A DNA stretch of 64,000 nucleotides from an uncultured Chthonomonadaceae bacterium (GCA_963835065.1 CAWIEK010000041.1:96001-160000); one strand, 5' to 3'. Positions 9,659 to 21,450 are shown, numbered from the stretch's first letter. The notes: a model not told the origin generated them from the sequence alone. Numbers and translations are program-made.

Positions 9659-10744
9659 ATGAAACTGTTCGGAATCTCGCTGGGCAAGGAAAAAGCGGTT
9701 ACATTCAACGAGTTTCGGGATATGGTGCGCCTGGCTGTGCGGCGAACGCATCCCGGCGCGCGAATCGAAGCACGCGACGACGGTTTTATCCTCTACCGCG
9801 AGGGTGAAGCGCCAGTTGTCGGCAACATCAAGCAGCTGTACCACAATTACTATAAAAATCCCGGAGACAAGGACGCGCTTATCGGGGCGTGGATCGGTTC
9901 GCTGACGTTCGAGACGCCGCAGCATACCTGGATGGAAGCCGCCAACACGCTGCGCCCGACCCTGAAAAACACGTCTTTTGTGGAAGCCGCCAACAAATCC
10001 CTGGGCAAGCAGGAGGACTCGCTGCCCTCGCAGCCGTTTTTGGGCGATCTGCATGTGATCGTGATGCGCGACTTGCCCGGCACAGCGGTTGCCGTGACGC
10101 AGAAGATGATGGATGATTGGGGCGTCACGCTTCAGCAGTGCGTCACGGAAGCGATGGGCAATCTGGGCATTCAGAGCTTCCCCGACGTATCCAATGCCAT
10201 GACAACGGGCGGCGGCAAAAAGGGCATAATGGGCGAGGAAGTGGGCCTGGATTTCAAGGGCGACCATCTCACGGCGACGTGGCTGATTTCGGAGCGGTTT
10301 CGGGATTTTGTCGGACAGCGCTTGCAGGGAGATTATATCGTATCGGTTCCCAATCGGGGCCGATTGACCGCCGTGCGCGCCGATGAGCCGGGGTTGATCG
10401 CGTCCGTGCAGCAGACCGCCCGCAACTATGGCAACCAGCCCTATCCACTTACGGGCATGCTGTTTCATGTCAGCGCGGCCACGACGGGCGGGCAAGTGAC
10501 CGTGTTTCAGCCCGGCGCGGCGGGTGCGCCGACAACCCTGGACGCGAACAGCCAATTTGCCGCCAGCAGGCAGCCTGCCGCGCCGCCAAGCGTGGGCAAC
10601 ATGGCGTCGGGACTGGCTCCCCTGCCCACGCCCGCGCAGCCCAAAGGTCTCAACGAGTGGTACGGCCTGAGCGAGTCCACCTCGGACGAGCCGGAACCGC
10701 CCCCCAACGCGCCGCCGACGGTGAAGACGGCGAGGAAGAAATAA
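9659..10744 (+). CDS. DUF1444/YtpQ-like protein with Pro/Ala-rich tail
   Basis: LRPTLK, PFLGDL, DDWGV...EAMGNL, VSVPNR pattern; AGGAGG RBS. Confidence 0.55.
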   Translation: MKLFGISLGKEKAVTFNEFRDMVRLAVRRTHPGARIEARDDGFILYREGEAPVVGNIKQLYHNYYKNPGDKDALIGAWIGSLTFETPQHTWMEAANTLRPTLKNTSFVEAANKSLGKQEDSLPSQPFLGDLHVIVMRDLPGTAVAVTQKMMDDWGVTLQQCVTEAMGNLGIQSFPDVSNAMTTGGGKKGIMGEEVGLDFKGDHLTATWLISERFRDFVGQRLQGDYIVSVPNRGRLTAVRADEPGLIASVQQTARNYGNQPYPLTGMLFHVSAATTGGQVTVFQPGAAGAPTTLDANSQFAASRQPAAPPSVGNMASGLAPLPTPAQPKGLNEWYGLSESTSDEPEPPPNAPPTVKTARKK

Positions 10745-10846
10745 GGCATTAGGCATTAGGCATTAGAAGAACTCTTACAACGCCTTATTGGACACAAACT
10801 TTGTAGTTATCTCTTCTGATGCCTAATGCCTAATGCCTAATGCCTA
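10744..10846. repeat. Inverted TAGGCAT heptamer arrays flanking a ~50-bp spacer
   Basis: (AGGCATT)x3 ... (AATGCCT)x4. Confidence 0.92.
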
Positions 10847-10849
10847 CTC

Positions 10850-11887
10850 ATGCTGCACGACATTCTGCACAAACTGGTAGACAGACAGGACTTGACGCGC
10901 GCTGAAGCGACAGACGTGATGAACGCGCTGATGACGGGGCAGGCTACGCCGGGACAGATCGGGGCGCTGCTGGTCGCGCTGCGGATGAAGGGCGAAACGG
11001 TTGCGGAAGTGACGGGCTTTGTGCAGGCGATGCGGGCGCACCTGGTTCCGGTTCCGACGCGGCGTACTGGTTTATTGGATACGTGCGGCACGGGCGGCAG
11101 CCGTTGCCGCGTGTTCAATGTTTCCACGGCAAGCGCGTTTGTCCTCGCGTCATTAGGTATTCCCGTCGCCAAGCACGGCAACCGGGCGATGTCGGGCGTG
11201 TGCGGCAGCGCGGATGTTTTGGAAGCGTCGGGAGTGCGCGTCCATCTGTCGCCGGAGCAATCGGCGCGGTGCATAGAGGAGGTTGGCATCGGCTTTTTGT
11301 TCGCGCCGAGTTATCATCCCGCCTTGAAGCACGTCGGCCCGATTCGGCGCGAAATCGGCGTTCGCAGCGTTTTCAACCTGCTCGGCCCCCTGTGCAATCC
11401 CGCGGGAGCCACGCGGCAAACGATGGGGGTGTATGACCGCCGCCTATGCCCGCTTGCGATTGGAGCCTTGCGCGACCTGGGCAGCGAACGCGCCCTTGCC
11501 ATGCACGGCGAAGTGGGACTGGACGAAATCGCAACCATCGGCGTCACTACGATCAGCGAACTGCGCGACGGCGAAATTACGCATTACACGCTGACGCGAA
11601 ACCTGTTAGGCTTACACGGCCCGGAACCCTGCCCCGAAGATTTAGCGCCTCGCGCCACGCCCGAAGAAAACGCGCGATTGCTGCGCGACGTTCTGGCAGG
11701 CAAGGATGGTACACAGGCCGAACGCGCCCGTCAGGAACTTGCGGCGGTCAATATAGCGGCTTCCCTGCGCGTGTGTGGACTGGCCGAAACATGGCCGGAC
11801 GCGGTAGAAATGGCCCGCGAAGCGCTTCATTCCGGCGAGGCGTTAGCGAAACTGGACGAACTTAGCGCGTTTACACGGGGGCTTTGA
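10850..11887 (+). CDS. trpD: Anthranilate phosphoribosyltransferase
   Basis: DTCGTGG, FNVST, KHGNR, GSADVLE, FNLLGPLCNP. Confidence 0.97.
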   Translation: MLHDILHKLVDRQDLTRAEATDVMNALMTGQATPGQIGALLVALRMKGETVAEVTGFVQAMRAHLVPVPTRRTGLLDTCGTGGSRCRVFNVSTASAFVLASLGIPVAKHGNRAMSGVCGSADVLEASGVRVHLSPEQSARCIEEVGIGFLFAPSYHPALKHVGPIRREIGVRSVFNLLGPLCNPAGATRQTMGVYDRRLCPLAIGALRDLGSERALAMHGEVGLDEIATIGVTTISELRDGEITHYTLTRNLLGLHGPEPCPEDLAPRATPEENARLLRDVLAGKDGTQAERARQELAAVNIAASLRVCGLAETWPDAVEMAREALHSGEALAKLDELSAFTRGL

Positions 11888-11937
11888 CCTCACCCCCGGC
11901 CCCTCTCCTTGCCGCGCAACGCGCTAGGAGAGGGGAG
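11888..11937. repeat. REP-like hairpin CCTCACCCC..CCCCTCTCC-N-GGAGAGGGG
   Basis: Same family as the element at 33364. Confidence 0.75.
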
Positions 11938-11980
11938 GCGCGTTCACGCAGGATCTCAGTGAAGAGAAAGAAAATACGAC

Positions 11981-12778
11981 ATGAGCGTTTTATCGGAGAT
12001 ACTGGCAACGAAGCGGACGGAAGTCGCATGGCAGCGGCAGCGAACGCCCCTCAGCATGATGCAGGAACAGGTGATTGACGCGCCGCCCGCGCGGGATTTT
12101 CGCGCCGCTATTCAGACGGCAAGAGAAACGAAGGGCGTGGCGCTGATTGCCGAAGTGAAGAAAGCGTCGCCGTCCAAGGGCGTGATTTGCGCCAACTTCG
12201 ATGCGCTCGTGATTGCGCGAACGTATGCCGACGCGGGCGCGACGTGCCTGTCCGTGCTGACCGATGAGCCGTACTTTCAGGGCAAATTGGAGTACCTGTC
12301 CGAGATACGCAAGATCGTGGATGTGCCTCTATTGCGCAAGGATTTTATCATTGATCCGTGGCAGGTGGTGGAAAGCCGGTTGGCGGGCGCGGACGCGATT
12401 TTGCTGATTGTCGCCGCCCTGCCCTGTCAGGATTTACGCGCCTGCCTTGCCCTGACGCGGGAATACGGCATGACGGCCCTGGTGGAAGTACACGACGGAG
12501 ACGAGTTGCAGGAAGCGCTGGACGCGGGCGCGGATTTCATCGGCATCAACAACCGCGATCTGCACACCTTCCGAACTAATATCGCCGTCACGCTCGACCT
12601 GCTGAAGCAAACGCCGCGAACAGACAACAGCACACTCTTTGTCAGCGAAAGCGGCATTGTCACCCGCGCCGACGTGGAAACGCTGGCAAACGCGGGCGTG
12701 GACGCGGTTCTCGTCGGCGAAGCCCTGATGCGCGAGTCCGACATCGCCGCGAAAGTACATGAACTGTTGGGAAGTTGA
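11981..12778 (+). CDS. trpC: Indole-3-glycerol phosphate synthase
   Basis: IAEVKKASPSKG, LSVLTD, LRKDFIID, GINNRDL, VSESGI. Confidence 0.97.
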   Translation: MSVLSEILATKRTEVAWQRQRTPLSMMQEQVIDAPPARDFRAAIQTARETKGVALIAEVKKASPSKGVICANFDALVIARTYADAGATCLSVLTDEPYFQGKLEYLSEIRKIVDVPLLRKDFIIDPWQVVESRLAGADAILLIVAALPCQDLRACLALTREYGMTALVEVHDGDELQEALDAGADFIGINNRDLHTFRTNIAVTLDLLKQTPRTDNSTLFVSESGIVTRADVETLANAGVDAVLVGEALMRESDIAAKVHELLGS

Positions 12779-12781
12779 TAG

Positions 12782-13021
12782 ATGAGCAACATAGACCGCT
12801 ATCAAGTGTGCATCTGGTGGAGTGACGAAGATGGCGCATTTGTAGCGTCCATGCCTGAACTTCCCGGCTGCATGGCCGATGGACAGACGCAGGGCGAAGC
12901 GCTTGCCGCCCTGCGCGAAGTAGCCGGATTGTGGATTGAGACCGCGCAGCAGTTAGGCCGGGCCGTTCCGCAGCCGTCAACGTTTCCCATAGACCTGCAC
13001 CGCTCCAAAGCGTCTGTGTAA
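12782..13021 (+). CDS. hicB: HicB family antitoxin (short, orphan)
   Basis: WSDEDGAFVASMPELPGCMADGQTQGEAL...WIETA...VPQP. Confidence 0.9.
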   Translation: MSNIDRYQVCIWWSDEDGAFVASMPELPGCMADGQTQGEALAALREVAGLWIETAQQLGRAVPQPSTFPIDLHRSKASV

Positions 13022-13034
13022 CAGGAACTCTCGT

Positions 13035-13682
13035 ATGTCAAATAGAACCCGTATCAAAATCTGCGGCATCACCAATCTGGAAGACGCGCAGGCTGCCGTT
13101 GCGTATGGAGCCGACGCGCTTGGTTTCATTGCGGTCGCGGATTCGCCGCGCTATGTGAAACCGGAGTATGTTGCTTCGCATATTTTGCCTTTCCTGCCTC
13201 CATTTATCACGCCGGTGCTGGTTGTTAAAGAATGTGAAGAAGAGAGTTTCCCACCTGCCTTACAGAACTTTGGGGCCGTGCAGTTTTATTCCGGTGATTG
13301 CTCCACTACGGTAACGGGAACTACGCGCTGCCTGCGGGCGTTTCGTATTCGGGACGAGGCCAGCCTGCAAGAAATCACGTCGGCGCTAAAGGGGCCATGT
13401 CCCGATGCAATTCTGCTTGATACCTACCACAAAGACAAACTCGGTGGCAGTGGCGAAACATTTAATTGGGAACTGGCGATTGAGGCGAAACAGCGGTTCG
13501 GATTGCCCATCATCCTTGCGGGCGGGTTGACGGCGGAGAATGTCGGGGAAGCGGTACGAACGGTACGCCCGTATGCGGTAGATGTGTCCAGCGGCGTGGA
13601 AGCCAGTCCCGGACGCAAAGACCATGCGAAGATACGGGCGTTTATTGAAGCGGTAAGGGCTGAAGAAAAGGATGAAGGATGA
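13035..13682 (+). CDS. trpF: Phosphoribosylanthranilate isomerase
   Basis: IKICGIT, GADALGF, GGSGETFNW, LAGGL, DVSSGVE. Confidence 0.97.
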   Translation: MSNRTRIKICGITNLEDAQAAVAYGADALGFIAVADSPRYVKPEYVASHILPFLPPFITPVLVVKECEEESFPPALQNFGAVQFYSGDCSTTVTGTTRCLRAFRIRDEASLQEITSALKGPCPDAILLDTYHKDKLGGSGETFNWELAIEAKQRFGLPIILAGGLTAENVGEAVRTVRPYAVDVSSGVEASPGRKDHAKIRAFIEAVRAEEKDEG

Positions 13683-13698
13683 ATAATGCCATTGTTTC

Positions 13699-13779
13699 CT
13701 AACCTTTGCTGTTACGACATACACTTGTTACAGCAGGCATTGTTTTATGCCATCCTTCCAGTTTCTCAAAGTTGAACAT
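13699..13779 (-). pseudogene. Stub of a four-helix-bundle (23S rRNA IVS-type) protein gene
   Basis: AAGGAG RBS, then MFNFEKLEGWHKT...*, matching the family's typical F-E-K/D-L-x-V-W-x-K N-terminus; lies directly after a heptamer array. Confidence 0.6.
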
Positions 13780-13790
13780 GGATGCTCCTT

Positions 13791-13877
13791 TAGTTGATAT
13801 TTGATAGTTGATAGTTGATAGGCAGACTCGCGCATGTGGAGCAGCCTATAGTACAGGAACTATCAACTATCAACTAT
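13791..13877. repeat. Inverted GTTGATA heptamer arrays
   Basis: (GTTGATA)x4, one degenerate ... (AACTATC)x3; the right arm contains the amidohydrolase stop codon. Confidence 0.9.
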
Positions 13878-14616
13878 CTGCGTCCAACTCTACCATATTA
13901 AACAAGCGGTAAGCGTTGTCGTACAGGATGCGGCGGCGTTCGGCTTCGCTGGCAGTTCCGTCCTTGATCATGCCGATGGCGGCGGCGGGGTCGAGGTGGG
14001 GCAGGCGGCTGCCGAACAGCAGGCGGTGCGCGCCCACGTCCCGGATGGCGGCGGGGATTTTGGCGCGGTCTAACGCGCCGGACGTTTCGAGGAAAATGTT
14101 GGCGGAAGCATGCGCGGCGGCAATGGCTGTGCGCCAGTCGGCTCCGCCCATGCCCAAAAATATGAATTTGTGCATGTTGTACGTTTTGGCGACGTGCAGG
14201 GCGACTTCCACGCAGGCCGCATTGGGCGTGTGCAGGAAAATGGGCTTGTGGTAGCGGCGGCACACGTTGAGCAGTTCCTCGGCCAGAATGGGATGCAGCG
14301 GCTCGTCAGGGTCGGAACCAATCAGCAGCACGCCCAAAAAGCGCCGGTTGCCCAACAGATCGCGCACGATCTGAATACTGGCGTCCACGCGATTCAGGTG
14401 CGCGATCAGGCAGCCGAACAAATTTTCGCTTTGATCCAGCGTGGCTTTCAGGATGCGGTTGCCGGTCACGGGGTCCACCTGCGCGGCCCGCGACGAGAAC
14501 AGCACGGCGCGGTCAATGCCCCGGCTTTGCAGCAGGGGAGTCAACTGCCCGGCGTCTTGATTGATGCCCGGCAGCACGTTGCCTTCCAGATATACTTGAC
14601 AGTCTATGATGGGCAT
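13870..14616 (-). CDS. Amidohydrolase_2-like TIM-barrel protein B (copy 1)
   Basis: GIDRAV, LETS, GAHRLLFGS..P, RRILYDNAYRLF; the HxH motif is missing. Confidence 0.85.
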   Translation of the reverse strand: MPIIDCQVYLEGNVLPGINQDAGQLTPLLQSRGIDRAVLFSSRAAQVDPVTGNRILKATLDQSENLFGCLIAHLNRVDASIQIVRDLLGNRRFLGVLLIGSDPDEPLHPILAEELLNVCRRYHKPIFLHTPNAACVEVALHVAKTYNMHKFIFLGMGGADWRTAIAAAHASANIFLETSGALDRAKIPAAIRDVGAHRLLFGSRLPHLDPAAAIGMIKDGTASEAERRRILYDNAYRLFNMVELDADS

Positions 14617-14625
14617 GGAACGCTC

Positions 14626-14733
14626 CAGGCATCAGGCATTAGGCATTAGGCATTAGGAGACACTCTCTAAATGAGCATAATCTGCCGCATAGAAGCATCT
14701 TCCTAATGCCTAATGCCTAATGCCTGATGCCTA
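14626..14733. repeat. Inverted TAGGCAT arrays (duplicated at 18061-18168)
   Basis: Direct reading; the right arm supplies the stop codon at 14731. Confidence 0.92.
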
Positions 14734-15453
14734 CATGCTAAGGATGCGACGCGCATTGCCGGACAGCACTTGCTGTTTGTCGGCGTCGGACAGGCCGGCG
14801 AATTGCAGCGTGTCCAGAGCGGAAATGATGGGATGCGAGGGCGCGTTGGAGCCGAACAGCAAGCGCGTTGGGCCAACCGCGTCCACGACGGCTTTGAGAC
14901 AGCCCGGCGCAAGCAGGTTCGACAGTTCCAGATGCCAGTTGTCGTGTTCGCGCAGTCCGAGCAAGCTCTCGGCCAGCAGGGCGGGCGGCACATCCGCGAG
15001 AATCACAGGTGGCGCGTACTCGTTCAGAACGCGCGCCAGTTGGGTGATGTCGCCGGGTTTGGACACGCCGACAACGATGGGCAGCCCGGTTTTGCGCAAG
15101 TCTTCCAGCAGGCAGCCGAAGGGAGAGAAATCTATCGGCCAATTCTGCGCGGCGGGGAAAAAGCGGACCATGCGAAAACCATCGGCTTTGGCCTGCATCA
15201 AGGGTGCAGGGTCGCTGTAGTACATCGTCGGGTTGAACGTTGCGACGGGCAGCAGGGAGGGGTTCTGCGCGCAGATGTTTTTCGTCACCGCGTTGCCGAC
15301 TGCGGGGTCGAGCAGCCAGCCCAGCGTAGACAGCGCGCAGGCTGTGCCGACTCCGTTCTGCTGCATCAATTCCAGCAGCGAGTCCACCGTCAGGTCGGTA
15401 CTGGCAAGCGGCAGCGGCCCAAACAGCGTATTCACGTCCACAATTTCATCCAT
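14731..15453 (-). CDS. Amidohydrolase_2-like protein A (copy 1)
   Basis: IVDVNTLFG, VGPTRLLFGSNAP, GNARRIL. Confidence 0.85.
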   Translation of the reverse strand: MDEIVDVNTLFGPLPLASTDLTVDSLLELMQQNGVGTACALSTLGWLLDPAVGNAVTKNICAQNPSLLPVATFNPTMYYSDPAPLMQAKADGFRMVRFFPAAQNWPIDFSPFGCLLEDLRKTGLPIVVGVSKPGDITQLARVLNEYAPPVILADVPPALLAESLLGLREHDNWHLELSNLLAPGCLKAVVDAVGPTRLLFGSNAPSHPIISALDTLQFAGLSDADKQQVLSGNARRILSM

Positions 15454-15472
15454 ACGACACTCCGAAAACAAA

Positions 15473-15715
15473 TTTGAACCACAGAGACACAGAGACACAG
15501 AGGGTTCACAGAGAAAGCCACGAGAGGGTTAAGAGAAGTTTACACATTTCACAGGGAAATACCTGCCTGAGACAGCGCAACGCGCAAATATCTTTCAAAT
15601 TTTTCTATCTTCGTCAGTTTCGCATATTTCGCGGTTCCCATCTCCTTTTCTTCTCTTCTTCTTTTCTTCTTTTCTTCCCCTCTGTGACCCCTCTGTGTCT
15701 CTGTGTCTCTGTGGT

Positions 15716-15720
<5 letters not shown>
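15473..15720. repeat. 41-bp inverted repeats with ACAGAGAC octamers (duplicated at 18908-19155)
   Basis: TTTGAACCACAGAGACACAGAGACACAGAGGG.TCACAGAG at 15473-15513 and its reverse complement at 15680-15720 (1 mismatch); includes the gltX stop. Confidence 0.92.
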
Positions 15721-17289
<1,569 letters not shown>

Positions 17290-17315
17290 CTATTATGGCA
17301 TAGACAGCGCGGAAG

Positions 17316-18051
17316 GTCCAACTCTACCATATTAAACAAGCGGTAGGCGTTATCGTACAGGATGCGGCGGCGTTCGGCTTCGCTGGCTCGTTCCGTCCTT
17401 GATCATGCCGATGGCGGCGGCGGGGTCAAATGGGGCAGGCGGCTGCCGAACAGCAGGCGGTGCGCGCCCTACGTCCCGGATGGCGGCGGGGATTTTGGCG
17501 CGGTCTAGCGCGCCGGACGTTTCGAGGAAAATGTTGGCGGAACATGCGCGGCGGCAATGGCCGTGCGCCAGTCGGCTCCGCCCATGCCTAAAAATATGAA
17601 TTTGTGCATGTTGTACGTTTTGGCGACGTGCAGGGCCACTTCCACGCAGGCCGCATTAGGCGTGTGCAGGAAAATGGGCTTGTGGTAGCGGCGGCACACA
17701 TTGAGCAGTTCCTCGGCCAAAATGGGATGCAGCGGCTCGTCAGGGATCGGAACCAATCAGCAGCACACCCAAAAAGCGCCGGTTGCCCAACAAATCGCGC
17801 ACGATCTGAATACTGGCGTCCACGCGATTCAGGTGCGCGATCAGGCAGCCGAACAAATTCTCGCTTTGATCCAGCGTGGCTTTCAGGATGCGGTTGCCGG
17901 TCACGGGGTCCACCTGCGCGGCCCGCGACGAGAACAGCACGGCGCGGTCAATGCCCCGGCTTTGCAGCAGGGGAGTCAACTGCCCGGCGTCTTGATTGAT
18001 TCCCGGCAGCACGTTGCCTTCGAGATATACTTGACAGTCTATGATGGGCAT
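17316..18051 (-). pseudogene. Amidohydrolase B copy 2, with several indels and the 3' end cut at the duplication junction
   Basis: Split into ORFs 17740..18051, 17505..17756 and further fragments; lacks the terminal ADS*. Confidence 0.8.
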
Positions 18052-18165
18052 GGAACGCTCCAGGCATCAGGCATTAGGCATTAGGCATTAGGAGACACTC
18101 TCTAAATGAGCATAATCTGCCGCATAGAAGCATCTTCCTAATGCCTAATGCCTGATGCCTGATGC

Positions 18166-18888
18166 TTACATGCTAAGGATGCGACGCGCATTGCCGGACA
18201 GCACTTGCTGTTTGTCGGCGTCGGACAGGCCGGCGAATTGCAGCGTGTCCAGAGCGGAAATGATGGGATGCGAGGGCGCGTTGGAGCCGAACAGCAAGCG
18301 CGTTGGGCCAACCGCGTCCACGACGGCTTTGAGACAGCCCGGCGCAAGCAGGTTCGACAGTTCCAGATGCCAGTTGTCGTGTTCGCGCAGTCCGAGCAAG
18401 CTCTCGGCCAGCAGGGCGGGCGGCACATCCGCGAGAATCACAGGTGGCGCGTACTCGTTCAGAACGCGCGCCAGTTGGGTGATGTCGCCGGGTTTGGACA
18501 CGCCGACAACGATGGGCAGCCCGGTTTTGCGCAAGTCTTCCAGCAGGCAGCCGAAGGGAGAGAAATCTATCGGCCAATTCTGCGCGGCGGGGAAAAAGCG
18601 GACCATGCGAAAACCATCGGCTTTGGCCTGCATCAAGGGTGCAGGGTCGCTGTAGTACATCGTCGGGTTGAACGTTGCGACGGGCAGCAGGGAGGGGTTC
18701 TGCGCGCAGATGTTTTTCGTCACCGCGTTGCCGACTGCGGGGTCGAGCAGCCAGCCCAGCGTAGACAGCGCGCAGGCTGTGCCGACTCCGTTCTGCTGCA
18801 TCAATTCCAGCAGCGAGTCCACCGTCAGGTCGGTACTGGCAAGCGGCAGCGGCCCAAACAGCGTATTCACGTCCACAATTTCATCCAT
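18166..18888 (-). CDS. Amidohydrolase_2-like protein A (copy 2)
   Basis: Protein identical to copy 1 in the ORF track. Confidence 0.85.
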   Translation of the reverse strand: MDEIVDVNTLFGPLPLASTDLTVDSLLELMQQNGVGTACALSTLGWLLDPAVGNAVTKNICAQNPSLLPVATFNPTMYYSDPAPLMQAKADGFRMVRFFPAAQNWPIDFSPFGCLLEDLRKTGLPIVVGVSKPGDITQLARVLNEYAPPVILADVPPALLAESLLGLREHDNWHLELSNLLAPGCLKAVVDAVGPTRLLFGSNAPSHPIISALDTLQFAGLSDADKQQVLSGNARRILSM

Positions 18889-19150
18889 ACGACACTCCGA
18901 AAACAAATTTGAACCACAGAGACACAGAGACACAGAGGGTTCACAGAGAAAGCCACGAGAGGGTTAAGAGAAGTTTACACATTTCACAGGGAAATACCTG
19001 CCTGAGACAGCGCAACGCGCAAATATCTTTCAAATTTTTCTATCTTCGTCAGTTTCGCATATTTCGCGGTTCCCATCTCCTTTTCTTCTCTTCTTCTTTT
19101 CTTCTTTTCTTCCCCTCTGTGACCCCTCTGTGTCTCTGTGTCTCTGTGGT

Positions 19151-20692
19151 TCAAACTTTTTCATAAACGGCGCGGAGGCGTTGCAGTACCCGGTCCCGGC
19201 CCATCGCTTCCAGAGTTTCGTACAGTCCCGGCCCACTGGTGCGGCCTGTTGTCGCTACCCGCGTGGGATGAACAACGTCGGCGTGTTTCAAGCCCAATGC
19301 TTCCACGATTTGATGCGTGGCGCTTGAAAGGTTTTCGGTTGTCCATTCGGGCAGCGCCTCGAACGCGCTTATTTCCTGTTCCAGCATGGATTTCAGGTAG
19401 GGAACGCCAAACCATTTGGCCGTCGCTTTCGGATCGTAGCCAGTCGGATAATCCAACTCCTCAAAAAAGAAGCCGACCAGATCAACCACTTCCGACAGCA
19501 TCTTCATGCGCTCCAGTTCGAGGGGAATCACCCGGCGCACATAATCCAGCACTTCGATGCGGTATTTTTCCTTACGCGCTTCCCACTGCTTGTCGGTTTC
19601 CAGTTCCTCCTGGCGCGGTTCGGGCGGGACAAGGCCGGCCTGGCGCAGATACGGCAGGCACAGGCCGATGATGCGCCCCGGTTCCGACTGCCGAATATAA
19701 TGCCCGTTCATCCACCTCAGTTTCTCGTAATCGAACACGGCGGGGCTGTCCGCAATGCCGGACAGGGAAAACCTCTCGATGAGTTCCGGGATGGAAAACA
19801 GTTCACGGTTTTCGTCGCCCGCCGACCAGCCGAGCAGGACGATAAAGTTAATCAGCGCTTCCGGCAGATAACCGGCTTCCATGAACGCCTTTACCTGCGT
19901 GGAGCCGTGCCGCTTGGCGAGTTTCTTTTTGTCTGTGCCGACAATCACGGGCAGGTGCGCAAACTTGGGCTTGTCCCACCCGAACACTTCGTACAGGTAC
20001 AGCATTTTGGGCGCTGAAGGCAGCCACTCCTCGCCGCGCAGGATGTGGGTGATACGCATCAAATGATCGTCAACCGTGCAGGCTAGAAAGTACGTGGGAA
20101 AGCCGTCGGATTTGAGCAGAACCTGATCGTCCTGCAATTTGTACTCAAAATGGATTTCGCCGCGTATTTCGTCATGCAGAAGGCAGATTCCGTCAAGCGG
20201 CATGGCAAGGCGCACCACGCTGGACGGTTCCGCGCCTTCCTTTTCCAATCGTTCCAGGCGCATGCGCTCACGGGCTTCCGCATTGCGGCAATGGCGGTCA
20301 TAGCCCGTCGGCAGGTTACGCGCCTGCTGTTGGGTTCGCAGCAAGTCCAGGCGCTCTTTGGTGCAGTAGCAGCGGTACGCATGGCCCTCGGCAATCAGTT
20401 TTTCGGCATGTTCCAGATAGATAGGAAGGCGCTGCGACTGCACATACGGCCCCGACGCGCCGCCGATAAACCAGCCTTCATCCGGCATGGTTCCCGCGTA
20501 ATGAAAACTCTCTTCCAACTCATACGCGCTTTCCGGCACATAGCGGCCCGGCGTCCGGTCGGTATCTTCCAGGCGCACCAAGAACTGGCCGCCTTCCCGC
20601 CGCGCCAGCAGCCAGTTATAAACCGCCGTGCGCAGCCCGCCAACGTGCGGCGAACCGGTCGGCGACGGCGCATAACGAACACGAACAGGCAT
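19151..20692 (-). CDS. gltX: Glutamate--tRNA ligase (intact)
   Basis: [14 protein letters not shown] (HIGH-like), RLEDTD, CYC, RGEEW, KLAKR (KMSKS-like); GGAGG RBS. Confidence 0.97.
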   Translation of the reverse strand: MPVRVRYAPSPTGSPHVGGLRTAVYNWLLARREGGQFLVRLEDTDRTPGRYVPESAYELEESFHYAGTMPDEGWFIGGASGPYVQSQRLPIYLEHAEKLIAEGHAYRCYCTKERLDLLRTQQQARNLPTGYDRHCRNAEARERMRLERLEKEGAEPSSVVRLAMPLDGICLLHDEIRGEIHFEYKLQDDQVLLKSDGFPTYFLACTVDDHLMRITHILRGEEWLPSAPKMLYLYEVFGWDKPKFAHLPVIVGTDKKKLAKRHGSTQVKAFMEAGYLPEALINFIVLLGWSAGDENRELFSIPELIERFSLSGIADSPAVFDYEKLRWMNGHYIRQSEPGRIIGLCLPYLRQAGLVPPEPRQEELETDKQWEARKEKYRIEVLDYVRRVIPLELERMKMLSEVVDLVGFFFEELDYPTGYDPKATAKWFGVPYLKSMLEQEISAFEALPEWTTENLSSATHQIVEALGLKHADVVHPTRVATTGRTSGPGLYETLEAMGRDRVLQRLRAVYEKV

Positions 20693-20769
20693 AACACCCT
20701 CCAACCCTTCAAAAACAGAATAATCTATTATGGCATAGACAGCGCCGAAGTGGGAAACGTTGGCAATTC

Positions 20770-21450
20770 TCAATCTATGGAGGAGTCATACGCGCGGCAT
20801 TGCTCCGCGCCTCTTCGGGGCATATACACATCTATCAAATTCTCAACCGGCGCATAATCACTGTCTGTAGTCAAAATAGCATCCGCGCCTATTGTGAGCG
20901 CGAAATTGGCAATCATTGTGTCTGTGGGAGCCATTCCTGTATTTTGCATCAGCAGCCCAACCGCGCTCCAATCAATGACGTTCGCAGAAGGTATCGTGGC
21001 ATAGTTGATGCTCGCTTGGTATTCGAGCAGTTGAACTTCCTGCCAAACATCTTTGGTCATTGCATCCAGAAGCACACTCGTGTCGCCATGCCGCGAATGG
21101 TCTTTATAAATGCGCTCGTAGGTACTGTTTAGATTTTGAAGCGTCAGCGGTTGTGTGCGGATGTTGGTTGCTAATCGGAAGCGGGCTTCCAGGGTAAATC
21201 GCTGCTGAGGTCAAGGATTGCATCAATTAACAGGCTTTTTCGAACCAGTTTGAGAAACTCTTGGCGCGCGACTGCGTTCAGCCGAAACCGGGTATTGTTG
21301 GCAATCGCCTGCTGATGAAAGGCAAAAACAGTCAGAAAGTTTTCTTCATTGGAATCCGACAAGTCTTGCAGATAGGAGGTATCCACCACAGCAAGTTTAT
21401 TTGCCAGGCGGGTCGGTGAGTTGAGAACTCTCGTAGGTGTAGATTGGCAT
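20770..21450 (-). CDS. PIN-domain protein (VapC-like), frameshifted more than once
   Basis: LAVVDTSYL...E...DTMIANFA...ILTTDSDY PIN acidic motifs spread across ORFs 21171..21389 and 20770..21075. Confidence 0.7.

Noticed and set aside
10744..10846. Heptamer arrays with unique spacers as CRISPR-like memory
   Set aside because: The arms are inverted microsatellite-like runs with one spacer per dispersed locus, not direct repeat-spacer arrays.
13699..13877. Diversity-generating retroelement (Avd-like stub)
   Set aside because: No reverse transcriptase and no TR/VR pair with adenine-specific mismatches is visible in the window.
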